From Spirochaetaceae bacterium (GTDB lineage Bacteria; Spirochaetota; Spirochaetia; DSM-27196; SLST01), in assembly GCA_007694025.1 (NCBI GenBank), contig RECL01000165.1, forward strand, positions 1 to 41,802: a DNA stretch of 41,802 nt, given 5' to 3'. The position numbers were made by a program, and so were the translations under genes. A model generated the notes under the pieces. The model was given only the letters and a program-made list of their open reading frames with translations. It had not been told where the DNA came from and made no database searches. Shown here one piece after another: positions 17,900 to 25,954 of the stretch. Position 1 is the stretch's first letter; the number at the start of each line of letters is the position of its first letter.

Positions 17900-19233
17900 G
17901 CCGTCTCCTCGTGAAACTCGATTCTGAGCCCGTGCGGAGGCACCGAAAGCCTGGTCACTGACCGGACTCCTGCCTGGTCGCGCAGGCCGGTGCAGAGCGC
18001 GCCAAGGACGAGTGTTTCGGCGAAACGGGCGACTTCCGATCTCTGGAGTGGATTGCTGCAGTCAGCCCAGACGTCGGGGGGAATATCGACGCCAAGGATA
18101 TCGATCGACGGAGTCGACGACGTGTTTTCGACGATCCGTTGTGGGTTCGATCCGACCGTCCAGCCGCTCAAACGTGAGAGCTCGATCAGATCAATGACGA
18201 GTCTGACGAACTGATTGGCTAGGATGGTCGTCCGCCGCGAATCGCCTGCTGGGTCCCTATGCGCAGACTCCACGGGAATACCGATCGAGCTTGCCGTGTC
18301 CACCAGGCGATCGATCAGCTCAGGTATCGGCATCGTCGAAGCCGGAGAGTCGTCCCTGCTGAGATACACCTGTTTGAGCGTCCGCAGTCGTTGCGCAGCG
18401 ACCTCGAGCCCGGTGCGTGCCGCGACGATACGCTCGTCGGCACCGTCGCGCTCGGGAAGCGCCGAAATCGCGAGCAGGGCGGTGCCGACCGGCGTCGATA
18501 GCCAGTGCGACACGCCGGCGACGAAACGCGCCGCGCCTTTAGATACCGCAGCTTCCGCGAGCCCGGCACGCGTCGATTCGAGCTGTTGTGAGACGCGTAA
18601 CTGAGCAAGGTTGAACAGCGACATCAGGAACAGGACTGACGTACCCGCGACCGCAAGGGTTGCCGGTACTGTGGCCGCATCTGCAGTTCCGATTGAGTCG
18701 GTCGCGACTATGATGGCGATGACACCACGTGCGCCCCACGCCGCCGAAACCAGCGACGCAGCTGCTATCGCGAACAGCCCCGTTGCATCGCGGCCGGCGC
18801 GGCGGTGTCGCACCAGTCGGATGGCGACCCTTGCGAACACCAAGGCTGACCACGCGTTGAAGACGGATATACGCGCCGGGAAGAGGCTCAGGTCTACCGA
18901 CAGGAGCAGCAACGCCGCGAGCGCGACGACGTTCGTGATCAGGAATCCTCTTCTTCTTCCGGCGGTAAGCGAGAAGACGAACCGGAGCACGCCGACATCG
19001 AGGCTCGAGTAGGCGAGGAAGAACAGCCCGTACGCAATCGCGACCAGGAGCGGTCGTCCGGAAATCCCCGGGATAGCGTTCATCGCGATGGCGATTGTGA
19101 AGAACACTGCATACGCGAACCAGGCGAGAATGTAGCCCCGTCGACCGGTCTCAAAGTACGCGATGAGTAGTGACAGCGCGGACGCGGTCATCAGAACGGC
19201 GTAGAGAGTATACGAGAAGGTCACGCTGTCCAC
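17896..19233 (-). CDS. Multi-TM sensor-kinase-like protein with conserved H-box but degenerate ATP-binding domain
   Basis: 445 aa. GTG start at 19233 behind AAGGAGGA. 6-7 TM helices. H-box-like VAGVSHWLSTPVGTALL is paralogous to the HK H-box. The C-terminal region aligns to the HK G1 region (ILGVDIPPDV versus [10 protein letters not shown]) but lacks the N-box Asn and both G-boxes. Confidence 0.6.
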   Translation of the reverse strand: MDSVTFSYTLYAVLMTASALSLLIAYFETGRRGYILAWFAYAVFFTIAIAMNAIPGISGRPLLVAIAYGLFFLAYSSLDVGVLRFVFSLTAGRRRGFLITNVVALAALLLLSVDLSLFPARISVFNAWSALVFARVAIRLVRHRRAGRDATGLFAIAAASLVSAAWGARGVIAIIVATDSIGTADAATVPATLAVAGTSVLFLMSLFNLAQLRVSQQLESTRAGLAEAAVSKGAARFVAGVSHWLSTPVGTALLAISALPERDGADERIVAARTGLEVAAQRLRTLKQVYLSRDDSPASTMPIPELIDRLVDTASSIGIPVESAHRDPAGDSRRTTILANQFVRLVIDLIELSRLSGWTVGSNPQRIVENTSSTPSIDILGVDIPPDVWADCSNPLQRSEVARFAETLVLGALCTGLRDQAGVRSVTRLSVPPHGLRIEFHEETA

Positions 19234-19266
19234 TCGTCCTCCTTCCGACCGCGGTCGATCTTTGCT

Positions 19267-20808
19267 CTAGTCCGGGAACTGCTCCAACAACTCTGCGACG
19301 TCCGCCTCGAGCCGTACGAACAGCTGTACGATGTCAGGGTGAAAGTCCCGCTCGCTGCGATCTACCACGTAGGAAAACGCGCGGTCGAACTCCCACGCTT
19401 CCTTGTAGACTCGCTCGTGCGTCAGCGCGTCGAATACATCGGCGATCGCGGTCATCTGCGCCACTTGCGGGATTGACTCACCCGCGAGCGCGTCCGGATA
19501 CCCCGATCCGTCCCACCGCTCGTGATGCGAGCGGGCGATCGTCGATGCGATCGTCATGAAATCCCCGTGGTCGCGTTGGAGGAGTCTGCTGCCGATCACC
19601 GTGTGCTCCTGCATCTGCCGGAACTCGGCTGGGAGCAGCTTGCCCGGGTTCTCCAGGATCGCGTCCGGGATTCCCATCTTGCCGACATCGTGGAGCGTCG
19701 CGGCAAGGTGCCATCGATCGGCCGTCTCCGGTGACTGCCCCGACAGCTCGGCGATGCGCCTGACTATCTCACCTACGCGTTTGACGTGGTGTCCGGTCTC
19801 CTTTGACCGTTTCTCCACGAGCTCTCCTAGAAGGTAGATCATCTCCCTCTGCGACCGCTCGAGCTCAAGCGCCACGGTGAGCCCGTCGAGCCCGAGCGCC
19901 ACCGTAGAAGAATACGCCGACAGGATGAAGCGGTCCACATCGTCTATCGGACGGGCGGTTCGCAGGACCATCGCGCTTGGGGATCCACGCCGGGCCTCCA
20001 GGAGGGTGCCGACGTAGGGCGGATGATACACCGTCCCTCCACCGTTGCAGGCCGATTCGATCACTGCGGCGCGCGCGCTTTGGGCTCGCGACTTCTGAGC
20101 ACCCATGACCTGGCCACCTGACTCGGTCGTCGCCCGGATGATTCCAGGTTCCGCGCATCCCACGATAGTCGCGTCGCTCTCTCCACTGGTTGCGCCCAGC
20201 AGACCCGCGGCGCATTCGGTTGCGTGCGTCAGATAGTCGTCAATCGATCGGTGATCCCAGAACGACGTCGCGGTGGCGACTATCTGTTCCAGCCCGGCTC
20301 TGCCGCGGCTGATCGTGACCAAATCGCAGTATCCCCGGAGTGCGACGGTGAGGGTCGTGGCCAGGCGAGTGCTCGTGAGTTCGGTCTTTTCCTTATAGTC
20401 GTTGATCTGGTACTGCTCGATGACTTGTCGCTCCGGTGCGCAGCCTGGTTGGCCGGTGCGGATCACGATCCTCATCGTGTCGTTGCGAAGCTCTTCGCGA
20501 ATCCAGCGGATAAGTTCCAGTCCGGAGGAGTCGGTCTCCATTACGACATCGATCAGCGCGACGGCGGTGTCCGGATGCGCGACCAGAACTCTCCGAGCCT
20601 CGAGGCCGCTGAGCGCACCCAGGAAGTCGATTTCCCGACCCCGGAACCTGAAGTCGCGGAGAACCAGGCGGGTAACGCGGTGCACCGACTCATCGTCGTC
20701 GACGATCAGGACCTTGAGCGGATCGTTCGGGCATTCCGTTTCGGCCACGTGCGCGGCGTCGGCGCGCGGGTGACTCTGGGTTGTAGAGCGCTCGTCGACC
20801 TCCCCCAA
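19267..20808 (-). CDS. Response regulator: REC + GAF-like (DUF3369-type) + HD-GYP phosphodiesterase domain (paralog of 16388..17899)
   Basis: 513 aa. TTG start at 20808 preceded by GGGGGAG (20823-20817) and TATGAT (20840-20835). REC motifs IVDDDE, LIDVVME, IRTGQPG, NDYKEK. HD-GYP motifs HDVGKMGIPD and HHERWDGSGYP. Confidence 0.9.
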   Translation of the reverse strand: MGEVDERSTTQSHPRADAAHVAETECPNDPLKVLIVDDDESVHRVTRLVLRDFRFRGREIDFLGALSGLEARRVLVAHPDTAVALIDVVMETDSSGLELIRWIREELRNDTMRIVIRTGQPGCAPERQVIEQYQINDYKEKTELTSTRLATTLTVALRGYCDLVTISRGRAGLEQIVATATSFWDHRSIDDYLTHATECAAGLLGATSGESDATIVGCAEPGIIRATTESGGQVMGAQKSRAQSARAAVIESACNGGGTVYHPPYVGTLLEARRGSPSAMVLRTARPIDDVDRFILSAYSSTVALGLDGLTVALELERSQREMIYLLGELVEKRSKETGHHVKRVGEIVRRIAELSGQSPETADRWHLAATLHDVGKMGIPDAILENPGKLLPAEFRQMQEHTVIGSRLLQRDHGDFMTIASTIARSHHERWDGSGYPDALAGESIPQVAQMTAIADVFDALTHERVYKEAWEFDRAFSYVVDRSERDFHPDIVQLFVRLEADVAELLEQFPD

Positions 20809-20873
20809 GGAACAGACTCCCCCTTCAGACCGAAATCATACTCGGTCGACTAACGCCCGTCAAACGGAGGTCT

Positions 20874-21851
20874 CTACCCTTCGTGCGGGTAGCGGTACTC
20901 GACTCCGTCGTCGTCGACCAGGATGTACCAGCCGGGTTCGCGGCGACGGATCGTCGCTTCGGTGAGGGGGACCTTGCCTCCGCCGTTTGGGAGGTCTACC
21001 GCGTAGGTCGGGATCGCCAGGCCGCTCAGGCGTCGGCGCATCTCCTTCATCAGCGTCAGGCCCGTGTCGATGCTCGTGCGGAAGTGCGCGGTCCCCGCGG
21101 CAAGGTCGCCCTGGAAGAGGTAGTAGGGCTTCACGCGCCGCTCGACCAGCCCGCGCAGGAGCGCTTCAAGCGTGTCGGGGTCGTCGTTGATCCCGCGCAG
21201 CAGCACCGCCTGGTTGAGCACCGGTACCCCGTTGTCGATCAGGTGGCCGACCGCACGGTCGAACTCCGGGGTGAGTTCGCGCGGGTGGTTCGCGTGGATC
21301 ACCGTCCATAGCGGCGAGTAGCGACCCAGGCGGGCGCCGAGTTCGGCGGTGATCCTGCCCGGCTGGACGACCGGCACGCGCGTGGCCAGCCTGATGATGA
21401 GCGACTCTTTGGCGGCGCGTAGCGCGTCGAAGAGTTGAAACAGGTGATCGTCGCTCATCATCAGCGGGTCACCGCCGGAGACGAGCGCCTCCGAGACCTC
21501 TGCGTGCGACGCGATGTACGCGCGTGCCTCTTCGATCTCCGCGTCGGTGATCCGGCCGGTGCTGTGCCCGGTGAAGTGGCGGCGGAAGCAGTGCCTGCAG
21601 TAGGTTGCGCACCGATCGTTGGCCAGGATCAGAATCCGGTCGCGGTAGTGGTGGAGCACTCGCCGACCGACGCGGTAGAGCTCGTCCCCGATCGGGTCGG
21701 GCGTTTCGTAGGGCAGCGTGAGGTGCTCGGCTTCCTGCGGGACGAACTGCGCGGCGATAGGATCGACGCACGGGTCGAGCGATTCGGCGAGCGACGCGTA
21801 GTACGCGCTGACGCCGCGCGGCAGATCAGGGGGTGAGGACGATCTTTCCAT
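20874..21851 (-). CDS. KamA-family radical SAM protein (lysine 2,3-aminomutase/EpmB-like)
   Basis: 325 aa. CxxxCxxC cluster motif CATYCRHCFRR, SGGDPLMM, YYLFQGDLAAGTAHFR, C-terminal DLPNGGGKVPL. Overlaps the upstream gene end by 26 nt. Confidence 0.85.
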   Translation of the reverse strand: MERSSSPPDLPRGVSAYYASLAESLDPCVDPIAAQFVPQEAEHLTLPYETPDPIGDELYRVGRRVLHHYRDRILILANDRCATYCRHCFRRHFTGHSTGRITDAEIEEARAYIASHAEVSEALVSGGDPLMMSDDHLFQLFDALRAAKESLIIRLATRVPVVQPGRITAELGARLGRYSPLWTVIHANHPRELTPEFDRAVGHLIDNGVPVLNQAVLLRGINDDPDTLEALLRGLVERRVKPYYLFQGDLAAGTAHFRTSIDTGLTLMKEMRRRLSGLAIPTYAVDLPNGGGKVPLTEATIRRREPGWYILVDDDGVEYRYPHEG

Positions 21852-22830
21852 GCGACGGTGAGTTCATCACGATCTCGTGCGCGTCGGCCGCGCGGGCGAG
21901 CGGGAGCGACTCCTGGATGACCGGCTCGATCGCGCCGGCGTCGGCAGCGGCGGCGATCGCCGCGTGGATCTCGGTAAGCTCGGTATCGCTCGCTCCGTAG
22001 AGCATCACGCCGCGTACGTCGGCCTCGCGCGCCATGAGCCGCCGCGGGGTGACCTCGATCGACCCTCTGCTGCCGACGACGACGACGCGTCCGCCGCGCG
22101 CGAGCACGTTCAGGTCGGCTTCCAGATTCACGTTCGCGAGCATCTCGACGACGACGTCGATCCCATGACCCGCGGTAGCCGCGTCGACCGAATCAAGGTG
22201 CCCGTCGTCGCCGTGCGCGATCGCGTGGTCGACGCCCAGACTCTCGAGCAACTCGCGCCCGCGCGGAGTGCCGTAGCTACCGATCACCCGCAATCCGCGC
22301 AGCTTCGCCCACTGGATCGCGGCGACGCCGACGCCTCCGGTCGCGCCGTGGATCAGGACCCACTCTCCGGCGATCGCGCCGCCCCGCTGAAAGAGCGCAC
22401 GGTAGGCGGTACCGTAGTTGATCCAGAGGCACGCGCCCTGCTCAAAGGAGAGCGAGTCGGACAGCGGATGGACCTGGTCACGCGTACAGACGCACTTTTC
22501 GGCGTACGTGCCGGTGACCGATCCCGACACGTAGACGCGCTGCCCGACGGCAAGTCGGACGCCAGACCGAGACACCGGTCCCGGCGCGTCGAATCGGCCG
22601 ATCGATTCGATAACACCCGCACCGTCGGCCCCCGGCGTGAACGGCCGCGGTCGGTCGTAGCCCTGCGAACCCGATCGCTGGTAGGTCTCCACCGGATTCA
22701 CGCCGGTCGCGTGGAGCGCGACGACGATCTGCCCATTCTGTGCGACGGGATCCGGTACATCCTCGACCTTCAGTACGCTCGGCGGGCCGAACTCGCGAAC
22801 GACAACTGCCTTCATATGAGCTTTGGTCAT
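21826..22830 (-). CDS. NADPH:quinone oxidoreductase-like MDR (zeta-crystallin family)
   Basis: Start trimmed to ATG 22830 (GGAGG upstream; ATGA overlap with the upstream stop). MKAVVVREFGPPSVLKVEDVPDP, cofactor loop IHGATGGVGVAAIQ. Confidence 0.85.
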   Translation of the reverse strand: MTKAHMKAVVVREFGPPSVLKVEDVPDPVAQNGQIVVALHATGVNPVETYQRSGSQGYDRPRPFTPGADGAGVIESIGRFDAPGPVSRSGVRLAVGQRVYVSGSVTGTYAEKCVCTRDQVHPLSDSLSFEQGACLWINYGTAYRALFQRGGAIAGEWVLIHGATGGVGVAAIQWAKLRGLRVIGSYGTPRGRELLESLGVDHAIAHGDDGHLDSVDAATAGHGIDVVVEMLANVNLEADLNVLARGGRVVVVGSRGSIEVTPRRLMAREADVRGVMLYGASDTELTEIHAAIAAAADAGAIEPVIQESLPLARAADAHEIVMNSPSHGKIVLTP

Positions 22831-24659
22831 GAGACCTCCGGGAACACCATCTGCTCCATATAGTGGTTCTGGAACGAGATCGAGCCGCTGAGCTCGATAT
22901 ACGAGCACAAATCGACGATCCGACGCGCCTCGTCTGCCGAACCTCCGTTTATGAGCATCCGCACCGCACCGCTGCCGGCGGCGTTGCCGATCGCGCGGAT
23001 CTGCCCTGTGGCGAAGCCCGGCAGCAGTCCCACCCGGATCGCCGCCTCCGGTCTCACGTAGGTGCCGAACCCGCCGGCCAGATACACCGATGCGACGTCG
23101 CCGGTCGTCTTTCCCGCGTGCTCAAGGAGCACCAGGATCCCGGCGGCGATCGCGGCCTTCGCGAGCTGGACCTGGCGGACGTCGGCCTGCGTGAGCTCGA
23201 TCTGGACGCGCGCGTCGGGCGCCGACAGAACGACCGCGGGCTCTCCGTCCAGGTCGATGAAGCGCTGTTCGTAGGCGGCGCGCGCGTCGGGGGACGCGTC
23301 GTCCAACGACATTCGCCCGGTTTCGTCGACGATCCGGTCGTCGAGCAGCATCGCGAGCGCGTCCATCAGTCCGGTTCCGCAGATGCTCGCCGCGGCCTCG
23401 TCTTCGACGGTCTCAATCACCAGCGCGTTCCCGTCGCGTCGCACGTGGCTGACCGCACCGGCGACACCGCCCGATCCGTGGCGGATCGTCGCGCCCTCGA
23501 ACGCGGGGCCGGCGGCGGTTGAGCACGCAAGGAGGCGGCCGTCGGCGTTCAGGACCAGCTCGCCGTTGGTTCCGATGTCGATCAGAAGCTCGGTGGCCAA
23601 TTCGTCGTGCATGCCGCACGACAGCAGGTCGGCGATGATGTCGGCGCCGACGTAGGCTGACACGGCCGGAGGGATCACGATAGAGGCGTTCGGTCCGAGC
23701 TCGATCGCTTCGTTGGTCGCGCGGGTGACGGTAAGCTCGGTGGTGACGGGGATGAACGGGGTCCGGCTGATCGCAGTCGGATCGTGGCCAAGCAGGAAGT
23801 GGATCATCGTCGTGTTGCCGACGATCGATCCGACAGCGACCGATCCGATCGCGGCGTTTGCATGAGCGCAGATTCGTTCGGCCATCGCGGAGAGCTGCGC
23901 CCGGATCGTGCGTGTCAGCGGCGCGCCGTCTCCCGCGGCGGCGATACGGCTGATCACGTCGGCGCCGAACCGCGCCTGTTCGTTCGCCATCGACTCCGAC
24001 GCGATCACCATGCCGCTCTCCAGGTCGACCAGATACGCGGCAACGGTGGTGGTGCCGATGTCGAACGCGACCCCGAGCAGCGCCGCTTCCGGGTCTTCGC
24101 GGTGAATCCCGACCAGGGTCGGTGGTTCGTCGGGAAGCGTCGCGACGATCGCGTCGCAGCGCGCTGCAAGGAGCCCGAGCGCCGCATTGAGTGCGGACGC
24201 GCTCGCGCGAAGCGTGGGCATGTCCAGTGCGTCACGAAGCCGTCGGATGACCGATCGCTGATCGCCGATGCTCGGTTCGTCCAGTCGGATCGTGTGGCGC
24301 CGGACGACCGCGGCGACCGGCGGACCGCTGTCTATCGCGCCGCCCTTCGCGGCCGAACCCGTCGCGCGCGGCGCGACCGAGCCCGACGGCAGCGTGACGC
24401 GAACGTCACCGGTCGGTCTGCACCGGCACGCCAGGCGTAGCGAGTCGTTGCCGCGGGTGAAGCGTTCCTCTTCTGCGGCGCGCGGACCGCCTGAGCCCGG
24501 CGGGTCAACGGTGACAACGCATTTGCCGCAGGTACCGGCGCCACCGCACGGGGCGGCAACGTGCCAGCCCGCCTGCTGCAACCCCGCGAGGATCGTCGTA
24601 CCGTTGGCGATAGCGATAGATGTAACCCGATCCGGGGCTACGACCTTAATCTGACGCAT
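22827..24659 (-). CDS. [2Fe-2S] ferredoxin-domain + ASKHA/DUF4445 ATPase (RACo-like reductive activator family)
   Basis: Start trimmed to ATG 24659 (MRQIKVVAPDR...), with TACAAT at 24671-24666 six nt upstream. Plant-type ferredoxin cysteines CGGAGTCGKC...C and ASKHA phosphate motif AFDIGTTTV. About 610 aa, as in RACo-type proteins. Confidence 0.8.
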   Translation of the reverse strand: MRQIKVVAPDRVTSIAIANGTTILAGLQQAGWHVAAPCGGAGTCGKCVVTVDPPGSGGPRAAEEERFTRGNDSLRLACRCRPTGDVRVTLPSGSVAPRATGSAAKGGAIDSGPPVAAVVRRHTIRLDEPSIGDQRSVIRRLRDALDMPTLRASASALNAALGLLAARCDAIVATLPDEPPTLVGIHREDPEAALLGVAFDIGTTTVAAYLVDLESGMVIASESMANEQARFGADVISRIAAAGDGAPLTRTIRAQLSAMAERICAHANAAIGSVAVGSIVGNTTMIHFLLGHDPTAISRTPFIPVTTELTVTRATNEAIELGPNASIVIPPAVSAYVGADIIADLLSCGMHDELATELLIDIGTNGELVLNADGRLLACSTAAGPAFEGATIRHGSGGVAGAVSHVRRDGNALVIETVEDEAAASICGTGLMDALAMLLDDRIVDETGRMSLDDASPDARAAYEQRFIDLDGEPAVVLSAPDARVQIELTQADVRQVQLAKAAIAAGILVLLEHAGKTTGDVASVYLAGGFGTYVRPEAAIRVGLLPGFATGQIRAIGNAAGSGAVRMLINGGSADEARRIVDLCSYIELSGSISFQNHYMEQMVFPEVS

Positions 24660-24691
24660 CCTGTCATTGTACCGGCGCCGAGGGTATCTGC

Positions 24692-25870
24692 CTACCGATC
24701 GGCGAAGGGGAGGTGCGAGTTCAGCGATTCGATGTGCGCCTGCTCGTAGCGGTTGATCTTGTCGATGTTCATATCCATAACCATCTGCATCCGCCGATCT
24801 GCGAAGCGGTGAAGGCTGCTCGTCGACACGGCCGCGAACCCGCGACGGACCTTGTGGCTGCTTCCCATTCCGGGGTCGAAGCGCTTGACGCCGTGTTCGA
24901 TCCCCCAGCGGATCGGCTCGTAGTAGCAGAGGTTGAAGTGGAGGTTGTTCACAAAGCGCTCGGCTCCCCAGTACCGGCCGATCAGCCGCTCGTGCTTGTG
25001 GAGGAGCATCGACATCCCCACCGGATCTGTCGCGCCGCCTTCGAACGCCGCGCAGAACACGACACGCTGACCGCACGTCTCCTTCAGCATCCCGAAGAAG
25101 TCGGCGGTCAGGAACCGAGCCGCCCACATACCGAACTGGTCGTTCGTGTTCGAGTAGTAGCGGTACATGATGTCGCAGAAGCGGTCGGGAGAATCGGCGG
25201 CGGTCCGGGTGTCGATCCGGATGCCCTGGTCGTCCATGCTCGCGCGCTCTCTCTTGATGTTGCGTCGCTGGTTCTTGTTGAACACCGCCAGGTAGTCGTC
25301 AAAGGCCGCAAACGACGCGTTCTCCCAGCGGAAGTGCTGGTGCTCCCACGGCGTGAAGCCGCCCGATTCCGTGGAGTCGGCCGCCGCGTTGACCGTCGCG
25401 ATGAAGTCGGGCTCGGGCCACAGGATGCTGAAGCCGTGAAGTCGGTTTGCGCGGCAGAAGCCGTCGATCGCGTCGAGCATCACCGCGACTGTCTCCACGT
25501 CGTCGTATCGCTCGTCGACAAGGAAGCGGTATCCGATTGCCGGCGTGAGCGGGCTCATCGCGACCAATTTCGGGTAGTAGCGCGTCCCGAGCGACTCGGC
25601 GACCTCTGCCCACGCGTAGTCAAACACGAACTCGCCGACGCTGTGCGTCTTCACGTAGAGCGGTGCAGCAGCGATCAGTTCGCCATCGCGGTAGAGCAGG
25701 AGGTGTTGTGGCAGCCACCCTTCCGACGGCGTCACGCTTCCGGACTCTTCCAGAATTCGCAGCCACTCCCAGTCGAGCAGGGGAGTCTCGTATCGATCGG
25801 TGAGGCGGGTCCACTCGTCTCGGTCGACGTCACGAATCCGCTCGATCCACACCGCTTTCCAGTCGCTCAT
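24692..25870 (-). CDS. DUF482/COG3146 FemAB-like (GNAT-fold) acyl/aminoacyl-transferase family protein
   Basis: 392 aa. Family-typical blocks EESGSVTPSEGWLPQHLLLY, AAAPLYVKTHSVGEFVFDYAWAE, YYPKLV, FNKNQRRNIKRER, HFNLCYYEPI. TATCTT at 25884-25879, 8 nt before the ATG. Confidence 0.75.
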   Translation of the reverse strand: MSDWKAVWIERIRDVDRDEWTRLTDRYETPLLDWEWLRILEESGSVTPSEGWLPQHLLLYRDGELIAAAPLYVKTHSVGEFVFDYAWAEVAESLGTRYYPKLVAMSPLTPAIGYRFLVDERYDDVETVAVMLDAIDGFCRANRLHGFSILWPEPDFIATVNAAADSTESGGFTPWEHQHFRWENASFAAFDDYLAVFNKNQRRNIKRERASMDDQGIRIDTRTAADSPDRFCDIMYRYYSNTNDQFGMWAARFLTADFFGMLKETCGQRVVFCAAFEGGATDPVGMSMLLHKHERLIGRYWGAERFVNNLHFNLCYYEPIRWGIEHGVKRFDPGMGSSHKVRRGFAAVSTSSLHRFADRRMQMVMDMNIDKINRYEQAHIESLNSHLPFADR

Positions 25871-25878
25871 CGAGAGCG

Positions 25879-25945
25879 AAGATACTGCCGCGCGCGCGGC
25901 TCGTTCAAACGCGCCGTTGTCGACTGGTATCGCTTTCGGTATAAT
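25879..25945. promoter_or_regulatory. Back-to-back divergent promoters: minus TTGAAC(25908-25903)-N18-TATCTT(25884-25879); plus TTGTCG(25917-25922)-N17-TATAAT(25940-25945)
   Basis: Hexamers read from the sequence. A 14-nt palindrome GCCGCGCGCGCGGC (25887-25900) occupies the spacer of the minus promoter. Confidence 0.5.
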
Positions 25946-25954
25946 CCGCTACCT

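Noticed and set aside
22827-25127. N-terminal extensions of ORF-track entries. Examples: 22827..25127, 10565..11899, 11377..12615, 14340..16637, 29595..30698, 35160..36404, 34100..35176, 9206..9751, 12582..14348, 21826..22908, 28678..29664, 32355..33110, 39613..40674.
   Set aside because: The extensions are Arg-rich, overlap the upstream gene, and precede internal starts that coincide with ATGA/TGATG overlaps, SD sequences or -10 boxes and with the beginning of the conserved domain. The genes were trimmed accordingly.
25887-25900. 14-nt perfect palindrome GCCGCGCGCGCGGC between the divergent DUF482 and cyclase promoters, as a possible operator
   Set aside because: Alternating CG palindromes arise easily by chance in DNA of this GC content. 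No second half-site or repeat was seen, so it is mentioned in the promoter feature only.
24713-25954. The first ~414 codons of the 744-aa plus-strand ORF 24713..26947
   Set aside because: This part runs antisense to the well-supported DUF482 gene. It is Arg/Val/His-rich like a typical high-GC shadow frame and has no recognisable domain. A near-consensus promoter (25917-25945) sits just before the domain-bearing part, so only 25955..26947 is called.
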